Origin: Patescibacteria group bacterium
Lineage (GTDB): Bacteria > Patescibacteriota > Microgenomatia > UBA1400 > PJMF01
Assembly: GCA_039934415.1 (NCBI GenBank)
Contig: JBDTME010000004.1
Span: 632 to 64,631, forward strand
Length of the DNA: 64,000 bases
Direction of reading: 5' to 3'
The notes beneath the pieces were generated by a model. It made no database searches, had not been told where the DNA came from, and worked only from the letters and a program-made list of their open reading frames with translations. Positions within the stretch are counted from its first letter, which is position 1, and the number at the start of each line of letters is the position of its first letter. This document shows, piece after piece, positions 10,771 through 20,435 of this stretch. A program made the translations under genes and the position numbers.

Positions 10771-11391
10771 TTAGTACGCAAACTTCCTGATCAGTCCGAC
10801 ACATTTGCCTTGGATTCTGACGTTTTTAGCATAGATTGGTCGCATGGCTGAGTTGGCTGGTTCGAGGCGGATGCGTGTGGTTTCTTTGTAGAAGCGTTTA
10901 AGTGTAGCCAATCCATTGTCGAGTAATGCAACTACGATGTCGCCATCTCTGACATCTTCTTGTTTTTCGATCACGACATAATCTCCATCGAGAATACCAT
11001 CTTCAATCATTGACTCCCCTTTTACTTGAAGGACGTACGCGGCTTTTTTGCCACTGACCATTTCGGGAGAAACTTTGAAAGTAGCATTTGGGTCTGTGAA
11101 CGGTTGGATTGGTTGGCCCGCGGCAATGAAGCCCATCAACGGAAGATCCATACTTTCAGTGAGTCGCAGGAAGGTCCGATCAATTAGTTCAATACCCCGA
11201 ACAGCTCCATCTGTTTTGCGAATGACTTTTTTGCGTTGCAAGGCTTGAAGATGCTCATGAACAGTTGCTAGTGACGAAACGCCCAGTGCTTTGGCAATTT
11301 CTTGCAACGTCGGTGAGTACCCGTTTTTTTGAATGTACTGTGAAAGGTAATCGACTATTTGACGTTGGCGCTTGTATAGTGTTGGTGGCAT
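10771..11391 (-). CDS. lexA: LexA repressor (S24 peptidase)
   Basis: N-terminal winged HTH (SPTLQEIAKALGVSSLATVHEHLQAL), Ala-Gly cleavage site in MGFIAAGQPI, catalytic Ser in VKGESMIEDGI and Lys in ATLKRF. Confidence 0.9.
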   Translation of the reverse strand: MPPTLYKRQRQIVDYLSQYIQKNGYSPTLQEIAKALGVSSLATVHEHLQALQRKKVIRKTDGAVRGIELIDRTFLRLTESMDLPLMGFIAAGQPIQPFTDPNATFKVSPEMVSGKKAAYVLQVKGESMIEDGILDGDYVVIEKQEDVRDGDIVVALLDNGLATLKRFYKETTRIRLEPANSAMRPIYAKNVRIQGKCVGLIRKFAY

Positions 11392-11557
11392 AGAGAACTC
11401 CTAAATAATTAATTTTTTATTGTGAACTATTTGATTAAACCTTTGGTAATTCTTAGGGCGAACATTTATCGAATAAAACTACAATAACCGAAAAGAAGAC
11501 GACAAGACAAGTACTTCTTACTAGGAAGAACTCATACAAAGAAGACCAAAATGAAAA

Positions 11558-12169
11558 TTAACGCTCTTTATGGAATTTATAGATACCAAGTCCGATGACA
11601 ATTCCCAGAACACCTGCAATTACTACGTACTGAAAACCCTTCATATATTTTTCGAGATCCATCCAGTGTTGACCTAAAAGTGAGGCTGCGTATGCAAGGG
11701 AAAAACACCAGAGTAAAGCACCCAGAAACGTGTATGTGATAAATTTAGGATAATTCATTTTTAGTACACCTGGAGGTAGCGAGACATACGTACGTACAAC
11801 AGGTAAAAGTTGTGAAAAGAAAACAGCTTTGTCCCCGTATTTTTCTAACCATAATTGGCCTTTTTCAAACTCTTTTTCTGATACTCCGAATTTTCCGCCA
11901 TATTTCAAGACGAGTGGCTTGCCACCTTTATAACCGATAACATACATGATCGTAGATCCTGTTATGTTCCCAATTGCCCCGGCAAGAGCTGCTAAAAACA
12001 AATTAAGTTTTCCAATCGACACAAAAAATCCAGCAAAGCCCATGATTGCTTCTGAGGGTAGCGGTATCGCAGCAGACTCAATAGTCATTCCCAGCCAAAT
12101 TCCAAAGTAGCCAAATTTTTCAACTATTCCTGAAGCAAATGTAAAAAGTTCGTGAAGAATGCCTGACAT
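11558..12169 (-). CDS. DedA/SNARE-associated family membrane protein
   Basis: GYFGIWLGMTIESAAIPLPSEAIMGFAGFFV motif and the typical DedA topology. Confidence 0.7.
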   Translation of the reverse strand: MSGILHELFTFASGIVEKFGYFGIWLGMTIESAAIPLPSEAIMGFAGFFVSIGKLNLFLAALAGAIGNITGSTIMYVIGYKGGKPLVLKYGGKFGVSEKEFEKGQLWLEKYGDKAVFFSQLLPVVRTYVSLPPGVLKMNYPKFITYTFLGALLWCFSLAYAASLLGQHWMDLEKYMKGFQYVVIAGVLGIVIGLGIYKFHKER

Positions 12170-12190
12170 GTTTTCCTTGAATGAAGGTTA

Positions 12191-13054
12191 CTAATTGAAC
12201 GGTTTTAATAAAGCAGCAATATTTCGAGTTTGAGACCACTGTTTGACTAAAGCTGCGTTTTGTAACTGTGGAAGCTGTTTGTGATATGGAACCGAGTTCT
12301 TATCTTCATAAAAAAGACCGATGGGCAATGTATTCAACTCCCAACTTTTTTGCCAAGCAGCTGTTATATCTTCAGTGTTGTGACCTTGTGATTGTAAATC
12401 GTAAATTTTTGTCTGGAACCACTGGTGAGTGTTAATTTTATTAAAAGTGACACAGGGTTGAAACACATCGAGAACAGAAAGGCCTTCGTGCATGATTGCT
12501 TGTTTCATTAAAGCAGTGAGTTGTGGAATGCGGCCAGCGTACCCGCGCGCTACGAAAGTAGCATTTGCTGAAAGTGCTAACGCTACCGGATTGGCTGGTT
12601 GATCAATGACTCCAAGCGGTGAAGATTTAGTTTTCGTGCCCTTGGCTGTCGTTGGAGAATTTTGTCCAGTTGTGAGACCGTAGACTTGATTATCGTGGAT
12701 GATCAAGGTGATATCATGATTACCGCGGACGGAAGTAATAAAGTGATTGAGGCCTTCACCATAGGTGTCGCCATCCCCAGCAATTACGATTACTTTCAAA
12801 TCATGATTCGCGAGCTTTATTGCTTCTGCGTTGGCAATTGCACGACCGTGTAATGCATGAAATCCGTACACGCGATTGAAGTCCGCCATATTGCCACTGC
12901 AACCAACACCGTACACCAAAACGAGTTGTTCTTCAGGCAATGCTAGTTCAACAATTGCTTGTTTCAAACTCGCCCAAATTCCAAAGTCGCCACACCCTGG
13001 ACACCAAGTTGGGAAGATTGGCGATTTGAGTGTTTGTTGAGTGTGTTGAGACAT
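12191..13054 (-). CDS. korB: 2-oxoacid:ferredoxin oxidoreductase beta subunit (TPP-binding)
   Basis: CPGCGDFGIW motif and TPP-binding GDGDTYGEG. Confidence 0.85.
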   Translation of the reverse strand: MSQHTQQTLKSPIFPTWCPGCGDFGIWASLKQAIVELALPEEQLVLVYGVGCSGNMADFNRVYGFHALHGRAIANAEAIKLANHDLKVIVIAGDGDTYGEGLNHFITSVRGNHDITLIIHDNQVYGLTTGQNSPTTAKGTKTKSSPLGVIDQPANPVALALSANATFVARGYAGRIPQLTALMKQAIMHEGLSVLDVFQPCVTFNKINTHQWFQTKIYDLQSQGHNTEDITAAWQKSWELNTLPIGLFYEDKNSVPYHKQLPQLQNAALVKQWSQTRNIAALLKPFN

Positions 13055-13057
13055 AGG

Positions 13058-13630
13058 TTAGTTTTTGGTTCTGGTTTCTCTTTTTTGGGATTCTGCTATT
13101 AATTTTTGATAATACTTATATGAGGCGTATTGATCTGGGTTAGAGATTCTATTTCCAAGTTCATTATAGACTTTGGTGAGGAGTGTAATTGTAGAGTCGG
13201 TTGTTTTTAACGTGAGTGCTCTGTTATTTGATAATTGAATAAACATGTGTTCAATATTCTCCATGATTTCCAAAATCGCTTTAGGTTCAAGTCCTATACC
13301 TATTGCTAACAGATTTTCAATTTCTGCGATGTTTAACCGCTCCATGTCATCTCTGATCCTAAGGTAGGCTTGATATGAGTCATTACCTTCTTGATGTAAG
13401 AATTGCATTACAGAAGGGTCAATCGTGACATACACTCTATACATTAAACTATTTAGTGTGGTCCCTAAATCAAGTAAGCTAAGTGAACCCTGACAGTATT
13501 GATAAATTGCTTCCATCTCTTCAACCATCTTCTGAATATCGTGAGTTTCCTTATGGTTCATTCTCACCATTGTTTGAAGCTGGTCGATTCTTTCTCGTGT
13601 GATTTCTGCCATAGTTATTTTTTTATCCAT
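13058..13630 (-). CDS. hypothetical protein encoded between korA and korB (not a ferredoxin delta subunit)
   Basis: 190-aa ORF that overlaps the korA stop by 16 nt and ends 3 nt before the korB start, so it is translationally coupled. It has a single Cys and no CxxC cluster. Confidence 0.5.
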   Translation of the reverse strand: MDKKITMAEITRERIDQLQTMVRMNHKETHDIQKMVEEMEAIYQYCQGSLSLLDLGTTLNSLMYRVYVTIDPSVMQFLHQEGNDSYQAYLRIRDDMERLNIAEIENLLAIGIGLEPKAILEIMENIEHMFIQLSNNRALTLKTTDSTITLLTKVYNELGNRISNPDQYASYKYYQKLIAESQKRETRTKN

Positions 13631-15360
13631 TCAATAAGATCTTCTGAGTAGAATGGTCTGCCATCGTATCTACGGATATGATCTGCAAACTGGATGCCAG
13701 TTTCCTGTCTGATGAGTAGCTCGCATTGACCAGTAAAGTTACCTTCGATCATGACGAGTCTTTTTGCTTTTTGGGCGAGCTTTGTGAATTGCTCTGCAGG
13801 AAATGGCCAGATACAAGGGAAATGAATAATGTTCACAGTAGGGAGCTGTTCACCTTGTGATCTTAGGGTTTCTGTATCATGAAGCATTTGGCGTAAAACA
13901 CTGAGGGTAGTTCCCCAGCAAACAAATGTGATGTCGGCATCTTCAGGTCCAATAAATAATGGCTGAGGAACTTCATTGACGATGCTATCCATTTTTTTGG
14001 CTCGTTTCTCTACCTGATGGATAGTCATGTCTGCGTCTTCAGTTGCATATCCAAATTCATCGTGTTCGTAGCTATTGGTAATTTGCAGACCATGTGCTTG
14101 ACCAGGGATTGATCGTGGTGACACTCCGTTTTGCGTATCTATTGCATAGCGACGAAATGAATCATCTTGCGGTAAATCTTCTGTTTTTACCATTGCATAG
14201 CGTTCCAACTGATATTCTTCCTGAATTGCTGGCATTGTTTGAGGTGCTTCTATCAAATATTTATCAGTTAAGATCAAAACCGGAATTTGATATTTCTCAG
14301 CTAGCTCAAAGCCTTTACGAGTCAATTCAAAATGTTCGGCAGTATCACCGGGAGTCATCACGATGCGTTGAAACTCGCCGTGTCCAGCGTGCAAAACAAA
14401 TTGTAAATCACCTTGGCCTGTCCAGGTTGGCAAACCGGTTGCTGGGCCGGGACGTTGTGCAACTAAAATGACAAGTGGTGTTTCCATGACTCCAGTTAAG
14501 GATAGTGTCTCAACCATTAAGGCGAATCCTCCACCTGCTGAGCCTGTCATCGCTCGTACACCGGCATAAGAAGCTCCGACGGCTAAATTAATGGCAGCAA
14601 TCTCATCCTCGACGTGTCGAACCACTAGTGGAAACTTATCTTGTTGAGCAGCAATGTAGTGAAATGCATTTGAGGAAGGTGACATGGGATAAGCACTATA
14701 AAATTGCAGGCCTCCTGCGAGTGCCCCCATTCCGATAGCATCTCCTCCACTTAACAAGACACCCTTACTAGGAAATTTACCAACTTGAAATTTTGGTTGA
14801 CTGAGTTGTTGAGCTGCTGTATATGCAGTGTCAAACACTTTGATGTTTCCATCAACGACTTCTTGTCCTTTGCCGATAAATTGTTCAGTTAGAATATCTC
14901 GAAATAGTTGTGGATCCAGACCAATAAAATATGCTGATGCTCCTAATGCGGCAGTATTGGTTGCGATGCTATGCCCAGTAATTTCACGGCTCATCTTAGT
15001 CATATTTACTGAATAAATGTGCTGCGATAAGTGCTGGTATTTTGAAATATCGTAACCGTCAACTTCAGGTTCACAAATAATAATAGTTTCTGGTGTGATT
15101 TCTGCTTGATGAGTTACGAAAGCATTTTCATTGAGCGCAACTAATACGTCTAGCGTGCGTTTCTGACATGAAGCATGTTCAGATGAAGCATGGACTTGAC
15201 CAGTTTGATGCCCACCTTTAATCAATGATGGATACTCGTAATAGTTGAAAACAAATAAGCCATGTCGATGACAAACTTTCGCAAAAGTATCTGATGTCGT
15301 CATGACACCTTCACCTGCTTTGCCTGCTATTTTCCAGTTAAGAGAAATTGGAGTATCCAT
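13615..15360 (-). CDS. korA: 2-oxoacid:ferredoxin oxidoreductase alpha subunit (gamma-alpha fusion)
   Basis: N-terminal gamma-like domain (IAGKAGEGVMTTSDTFAKV) fused to a transketolase-like alpha domain (GMGALAGGLQFYSAYPMSPSS, GGGFALMVE). Confidence 0.85.
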   Translation of the reverse strand: MDTPISLNWKIAGKAGEGVMTTSDTFAKVCHRHGLFVFNYYEYPSLIKGGHQTGQVHASSEHASCQKRTLDVLVALNENAFVTHQAEITPETIIICEPEVDGYDISKYQHLSQHIYSVNMTKMSREITGHSIATNTAALGASAYFIGLDPQLFRDILTEQFIGKGQEVVDGNIKVFDTAYTAAQQLSQPKFQVGKFPSKGVLLSGGDAIGMGALAGGLQFYSAYPMSPSSNAFHYIAAQQDKFPLVVRHVEDEIAAINLAVGASYAGVRAMTGSAGGGFALMVETLSLTGVMETPLVILVAQRPGPATGLPTWTGQGDLQFVLHAGHGEFQRIVMTPGDTAEHFELTRKGFELAEKYQIPVLILTDKYLIEAPQTMPAIQEEYQLERYAMVKTEDLPQDDSFRRYAIDTQNGVSPRSIPGQAHGLQITNSYEHDEFGYATEDADMTIHQVEKRAKKMDSIVNEVPQPLFIGPEDADITFVCWGTTLSVLRQMLHDTETLRSQGEQLPTVNIIHFPCIWPFPAEQFTKLAQKAKRLVMIEGNFTGQCELLIRQETGIQFADHIRRYDGRPFYSEDLIEWIKK

Positions 15361-15418
15361 GTATACCTATTGTACCGCATCTTTCTAAAATGAGAGAGTG
15401 TCCGGTCTGTTTTGATTC

Positions 15419-17422
15419 TTAAGTCGTTTTAATTTTTACATCAGCTGCCCAAATTCCTTTTTCATTGATCATGAGTGGATTAATTTCCAGCTCTTGAATT
15501 TCTGGATGAGCAAGCATAAGTTTTTGAACTTGGAGCATCAATGTTATCACTTTTTCCCCAATTTTCTGGGAATATTTTTTATCCAATTTTTGGAGTGCTG
15601 CGTATGCCTTAGTTTGTTGGAGTTTTTGAGTGAATACTCGTCTGGTGCTCGGTAGAAAAGTGTAACTGCGATCTGACAATATGTTTGTCCAACTTCCTCC
15701 CAGACCGATAGCCAGATATGGCCCAAACTGTACATCTCTATTGGCGCCTAGTAAAAGTTCCACGTCAGCTTCAATAATTTGTTGATACAACACCGTTTCA
15801 CCAAATTTTTTTAACTGAGCAAAGCTGTTAGTCACATCTTCTTTTGTTTTGGTAATTCCGAAAATTGCACCCATATCTTTTTTATGAGCTAAAGCCAAGT
15901 TAGCAGTCTTAGCATATGAAGGAAGATGGACTTGATCCAACTGTTTCTCATTTGCAATGATGCTATAAATAGGCAGTTTAAAGCCGTATTCCGCCAAAAG
16001 TAGGAAAGTAGCATTGAGGTCTGTTGCAAGATGAGAAATTGGAAAATCGTGTTGCAATCTGAATGGTTGGAACTTCTCTGGAAAATACTTGGCTTCAGCG
16101 GCTTTTTTTGTAATGGCGAGCATTGCAACAATGTCGTTGGGATATTCTGTGCAGAAAATGCCAGCTGCTCGTAAACTTTTCCTATTTGAATTAAATTTGT
16201 CGCCACCCATGAGTGCAACGCACAATGGTTTTTTGCTTTTTATTTTTAATAACATCTCAACAACCTCTGGAACATTCGTAACTGCTTGTTGAGTGATAAT
16301 GACGACAATACTATCGATTTGGGGATCGCGTTGGGCTTGGCGAATTGCAAATGAAAATCTTTCTGCGTTTGCATCACCTATCACATCTAAAGGATTTGTG
16401 ATGTTACTATTCGGTAACTGTTCTTGCAGATTATTAACAGATGAAGGTGACCACTGTGCAAGTGTAAGTTGTCTGACCTCACTGACATCAACTGTATTCA
16501 CACCTGGACCGCCAGCATTAGTAATAATCATCGTGTTTTCGGGTACAGTTTTATTTTGTTCAAGAAAGAAAATAGTTTGTATGAATTCTTCTACGGTATC
16601 GACCATGACAAAGCCAAATTGCTCAGATGCTGCTTTCAATAACACGTCATTTGTTGCTAATGCAGCAGTATGAGAAACAGATGCAGCTTGACCTGTTTTG
16701 GATCGACCACCTTTTAATACAATCAGTGGTTTAGTTTTAGCGACCTGACTAGCGAGTTGGAAAAACTGAGAAAGATCAGCAAATGATTCTAGGTATGCTC
16801 CTATGACTTTAGTATTAGGATCTTGTGCTGCAAACTCCAGTGCTTCATTTTCAGAAATTCCTGCTTTATTGCCTAAGCTGATGGCGAATGAGCATCCAAC
16901 TTTATTTGACTCCATCTCTGTAAACAAGGCGGTCAACATAGCACCAGATTGTGAGATCAGAGCCAATGAACCTGTTCCAATTTGTTGGCTGGCAAAACTT
17001 GCATTCAAAGAGTTTGTTGGGTATAAGAAACCTAAAGAGTTGGGACCAAGCAAAGCAATGTGATGTTCAGTAAGTTTTGTGGCAATTTTGATCTGGAGTT
17101 GTTTGCCTGCTGCAGACATTTCGGCAAAACCTGCAGTAATGATCACCACAGCTTTTACTTGTTTTTCTATACAATCATCTATAACTTGTTCCACAAATGG
17201 TGCTGGCACAGCAACTATAGCTAATTCCACTTTTTGAGGAAAAGCCGCTAAATTAGGAAACACAGGAAGACCTAAGATTGTATGTGCAGATGGATTGATG
17301 GGATACACCTTGCCATCTTGATACTTCAGGAGATTTTTTAAAATTTGATAGCCAACTTTTTTTGAGTCACGAGAAGCACCCACGACTGCAATTGATGAAG
17401 GATGAAAGAAAGAAGAAAGCAT
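15419..17422 (-). CDS. acetyl-CoA synthetase (ADP-forming), fused alpha/beta type
   Basis: CoA-binding N-terminus (SIAVVGASRDSKKVGY), succinyl-CoA-ligase-like flavodoxin domain, and an ATP-grasp C-terminal part; 667 aa. Confidence 0.7.
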   Translation of the reverse strand: MLSSFFHPSSIAVVGASRDSKKVGYQILKNLLKYQDGKVYPINPSAHTILGLPVFPNLAAFPQKVELAIVAVPAPFVEQVIDDCIEKQVKAVVIITAGFAEMSAAGKQLQIKIATKLTEHHIALLGPNSLGFLYPTNSLNASFASQQIGTGSLALISQSGAMLTALFTEMESNKVGCSFAISLGNKAGISENEALEFAAQDPNTKVIGAYLESFADLSQFFQLASQVAKTKPLIVLKGGRSKTGQAASVSHTAALATNDVLLKAASEQFGFVMVDTVEEFIQTIFFLEQNKTVPENTMIITNAGGPGVNTVDVSEVRQLTLAQWSPSSVNNLQEQLPNSNITNPLDVIGDANAERFSFAIRQAQRDPQIDSIVVIITQQAVTNVPEVVEMLLKIKSKKPLCVALMGGDKFNSNRKSLRAAGIFCTEYPNDIVAMLAITKKAAEAKYFPEKFQPFRLQHDFPISHLATDLNATFLLLAEYGFKLPIYSIIANEKQLDQVHLPSYAKTANLALAHKKDMGAIFGITKTKEDVTNSFAQLKKFGETVLYQQIIEADVELLLGANRDVQFGPYLAIGLGGSWTNILSDRSYTFLPSTRRVFTQKLQQTKAYAALQKLDKKYSQKIGEKVITLMLQVQKLMLAHPEIQELEINPLMINEKGIWAADVKIKTT

Positions 17423-17450
17423 AACTAATTTTCACCACTCAGTTAGTAAA

Positions 17451-19103
17451 TTACACCAGCTCTCTGCCTGTCATGCTCGCTGGTTTTGGAACTCCTAAAA
17501 TTTTTAAAAGCGTAGGGGCAACATCGGCCAAGATTCCTGTTGGTAATAATGTAGATTGTCCCATGTATGCATTACTCATCGCAATAAACGGGACAGGATA
17601 TATCGAATGTTCAGTGTCGACTTCTCCACTCTCATTATTGATCAACTCTTCCGCGTTTCCATGATCAGCTGTTATGAGAATAACGCCTCCTTTTGGCACA
17701 ATCTCTTTTGCGATCATGCCTACGCATTCATCAATCACTTCACATGCTTTGATCGTTGCTCCTAGGTTACCTGTATGTGCGACCATATCAGCATTGGCAA
17801 AATTGCAAATGATTACGTCATACGTTCCTCTTTGGATGTGTTGAATCATGGTCTCAGTAATTTCGTATGCGCTCATCTCAGGAGCTAAGTCGTAGGTAGC
17901 AATTTTTTTTGAAGGTACAATGATGCGATCCTCACCAGGGTAAGTATCATCACGTTGACCATTCATATAATATGTTACGAACCGTTCCTTTTCAGTTTCG
18001 GCCATGCGTAATTGTTTCAAACCAGCATCTGATAGAATTTTACCGATGGGATCTTCAATATTTTGTGGGGGGAAAGCGACATTGGTAGGTAAACCAATTT
18101 CGTATCGAGTCATAGTGGTAAAGAATAAGTTGCCCAGCTTTTTCTTCCTAAAAAATGTTTTCCCTGGACTACGATAACTGATATGACTTTTTTCGTACTT
18201 AATTGCATACGGGTCATATCCTTCTGTGCGGATACCAGTTTCAAAGTCTGGAATAATGAAAGCTTTAGTGAGTTGGCGAGGACGATCAATACGGTAGTTA
18301 AAGAAAATGACAGCGTCGTTGTCATTGATCAATCTTGGTTTCCCATCCGCTTCACAAATTGAAATCGGTTTAATGAACTCGTCAGTGATCCCAGCTTTGT
18401 AACCTTCGTTAATTAATCCCAGTGGATCAAGAACGCATTGTTGTTCGGCTCCAATTGTGAGTGCGTCATAGGCGATCTGCGTTCGATCCCATCGATGATC
18501 TCGGTCCATAGCGTAGTATCGCCCTATAATACTTGCGACTTTACCAACACCTAGTGACTTTGTTTTTTCCATGACCTCACGGACATAGCCAAGACCAGAA
18601 GTTGGAGGTGAGTCACGGCCGTCAGTAAATAAGTGTAAATATACATTGTCTATAAAACCATTTGATTTTGCTAGAAACATTAAGGCATACAGATGTTCAA
18701 TGTTTGAGTGTACGCCGCCTGATCCAATCAAACCCATGAGGTGTAGAGTCGATTTATTATTCTTGACGTGTTGAAAAGTATTTTGAAAAACTTGATTAGT
18801 TGCAAACGTGCCATCAGCAATCGCCATATTGATGCGTGGTAACTCTTGATACACAATGCGGCCTGCACCAATATTTAGATGCCCTGTCTCCGTGTTTCCA
18901 TCTTCACCGTGTGGTAATCCAACTGCTTTCCCGGATGCAGCAAGCTGGGTATGTGGAAATGCTAACCAATACTTGTCCATGTTTGGTGTTTTGGCACGTA
19001 AGATGGCATTGCCAGCATTATTTGGTCCAATTCCCCACCCATCTAGTATTAACAAGAGTGCAGGACGAGGTCGAGATGGTGACTGTACTGTGTTTTCTGC
19101 CAT
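17451..19103 (-). CDS. gpmI: 2,3-bisphosphoglycerate-independent phosphoglycerate mutase
   Basis: PALLLILDGWGIGPNNAGNAI N-terminus and metalloenzyme core (TADHGN). Start placed at MAENTV; the ORF track extends 6 codons further to 19121. Confidence 0.85.
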   Translation of the reverse strand: MAENTVQSPSRPRPALLLILDGWGIGPNNAGNAILRAKTPNMDKYWLAFPHTQLAASGKAVGLPHGEDGNTETGHLNIGAGRIVYQELPRINMAIADGTFATNQVFQNTFQHVKNNKSTLHLMGLIGSGGVHSNIEHLYALMFLAKSNGFIDNVYLHLFTDGRDSPPTSGLGYVREVMEKTKSLGVGKVASIIGRYYAMDRDHRWDRTQIAYDALTIGAEQQCVLDPLGLINEGYKAGITDEFIKPISICEADGKPRLINDNDAVIFFNYRIDRPRQLTKAFIIPDFETGIRTEGYDPYAIKYEKSHISYRSPGKTFFRKKKLGNLFFTTMTRYEIGLPTNVAFPPQNIEDPIGKILSDAGLKQLRMAETEKERFVTYYMNGQRDDTYPGEDRIIVPSKKIATYDLAPEMSAYEITETMIQHIQRGTYDVIICNFANADMVAHTGNLGATIKACEVIDECVGMIAKEIVPKGGVILITADHGNAEELINNESGEVDTEHSIYPVPFIAMSNAYMGQSTLLPTGILADVAPTLLKILGVPKPASMTGRELV

Positions 19104-19151
19104 GAGTAGAATGTAACACATCTAGGTGGGAAGAAGACAGGGTGCAACGAT

Positions 19152-20429
19152 TTATACTGCAGGTGTGGGAGCCTGTTTGGCTTCTTCGATTAAGTTGTGA
19201 ATTGCAAGTAGTCGATTGTATTTGGAAACGCGCTCACCCCGAGCTGGCGCGCCGAATTTGACATAATCCGCTCCAACTCCAACTCCAAAATCTGCAATGA
19301 AGTCATCGTTGGTTTCACCGCTTCGATGGGATACGATGATTTTAAAATTGGCGTCTCTAGCAATTTTGATAACTTCCACAGTTTCACTAATTGTTCCGAT
19401 TTGATTTGGTTTGATTAAGATGCCGTTACACGATTTGTCTTGAATAGCTTTTTGTAAGCGGGATTTATTGGTGGATAGCAAACTGTCACCAATAATCATG
19501 GTGGTTTCTCCGAGTCTTGCTGTGAGGAGTTGCCAGTTTTTCCAGTCGTCTTGTCCATACCCATCTTCAATTGAAATCACGTGATACGTTTTACGAAGAG
19601 TGTCGTAGTACTCTAGGAGTTGTGCAGGCGAGAATGGTTCGGGATTATCTTTCAAAACATATCGACCCCCGCTTGCCAGAGAGTCTGCTGCGACATCAAC
19701 TCCAAAAAAGAGATCGCGACCGAATGTATATTGGGAATTATGGATTGTTTCGATCAAAATTTCGAAAGCGTCGATGTTGTGATACAAATTAGGTGCGTAT
19801 CCTCCACCTAGACCAACACTATGGATGGCACCTTTTGATTTCAATACTTCACCTAATTGCTGATATAAGTGTGAACCCATATTGAGATTCTCTGGATAAT
19901 CCAAATGAGAGGCTGGGATAGTATGAAACTCCTGAATATCCAAGTTTCCCGCACCGTGTGCGCCACCGCTGATCATAGTGAAAATGGTTGTGGGGATTTG
20001 TAAGGTGTTTGTGAGCTGGTACTTTTCTTTAATGTAATAAAACAAAGGCATGTTGACTGCCATTGCTCCAGCTTTTAGTACGGCTTGCGATACTGACAGA
20101 ATGGCGTTACTGCCCAGCACTGACTTATCGTGAGAGCCATCGAGATTAACTAGCAGCTGATCAAGCGCGGTTTGTTTAGTGGGATCTGAGCCAATGACTT
20201 TTGGAGCGATGACAGCGTTTACATTGTTTACTGCTTGAAGGACGCCCATACTATTCATATGATTGGGATCGTTGTCACGCAGTTCTTTGCTTTCGTATTT
20301 CCCAACAGATGTACCAGCAGGCACTGATGATACAGCCATAATGCCATTATCCAGCCAGACCGTCGTTTCAACAGTTGGTATACCACGAGAATCAAGGATT
20401 TCTCTAGCTGATACGGATTTAATAAGCAT
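19152..20429 (-). CDS. eno: enolase
   Basis: MLIKSVSAREILDSRGIPTVE N-terminus and enolase C-terminal signature (KFGAPARGERVSKYNRLLAIH). Confidence 0.95.
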   Translation of the reverse strand: MLIKSVSAREILDSRGIPTVETTVWLDNGIMAVSSVPAGTSVGKYESKELRDNDPNHMNSMGVLQAVNNVNAVIAPKVIGSDPTKQTALDQLLVNLDGSHDKSVLGSNAILSVSQAVLKAGAMAVNMPLFYYIKEKYQLTNTLQIPTTIFTMISGGAHGAGNLDIQEFHTIPASHLDYPENLNMGSHLYQQLGEVLKSKGAIHSVGLGGGYAPNLYHNIDAFEILIETIHNSQYTFGRDLFFGVDVAADSLASGGRYVLKDNPEPFSPAQLLEYYDTLRKTYHVISIEDGYGQDDWKNWQLLTARLGETTMIIGDSLLSTNKSRLQKAIQDKSCNGILIKPNQIGTISETVEVIKIARDANFKIIVSHRSGETNDDFIADFGVGVGADYVKFGAPARGERVSKYNRLLAIHNLIEEAKQAPTPAV

Positions 20430-20435
20430 ACTTTT

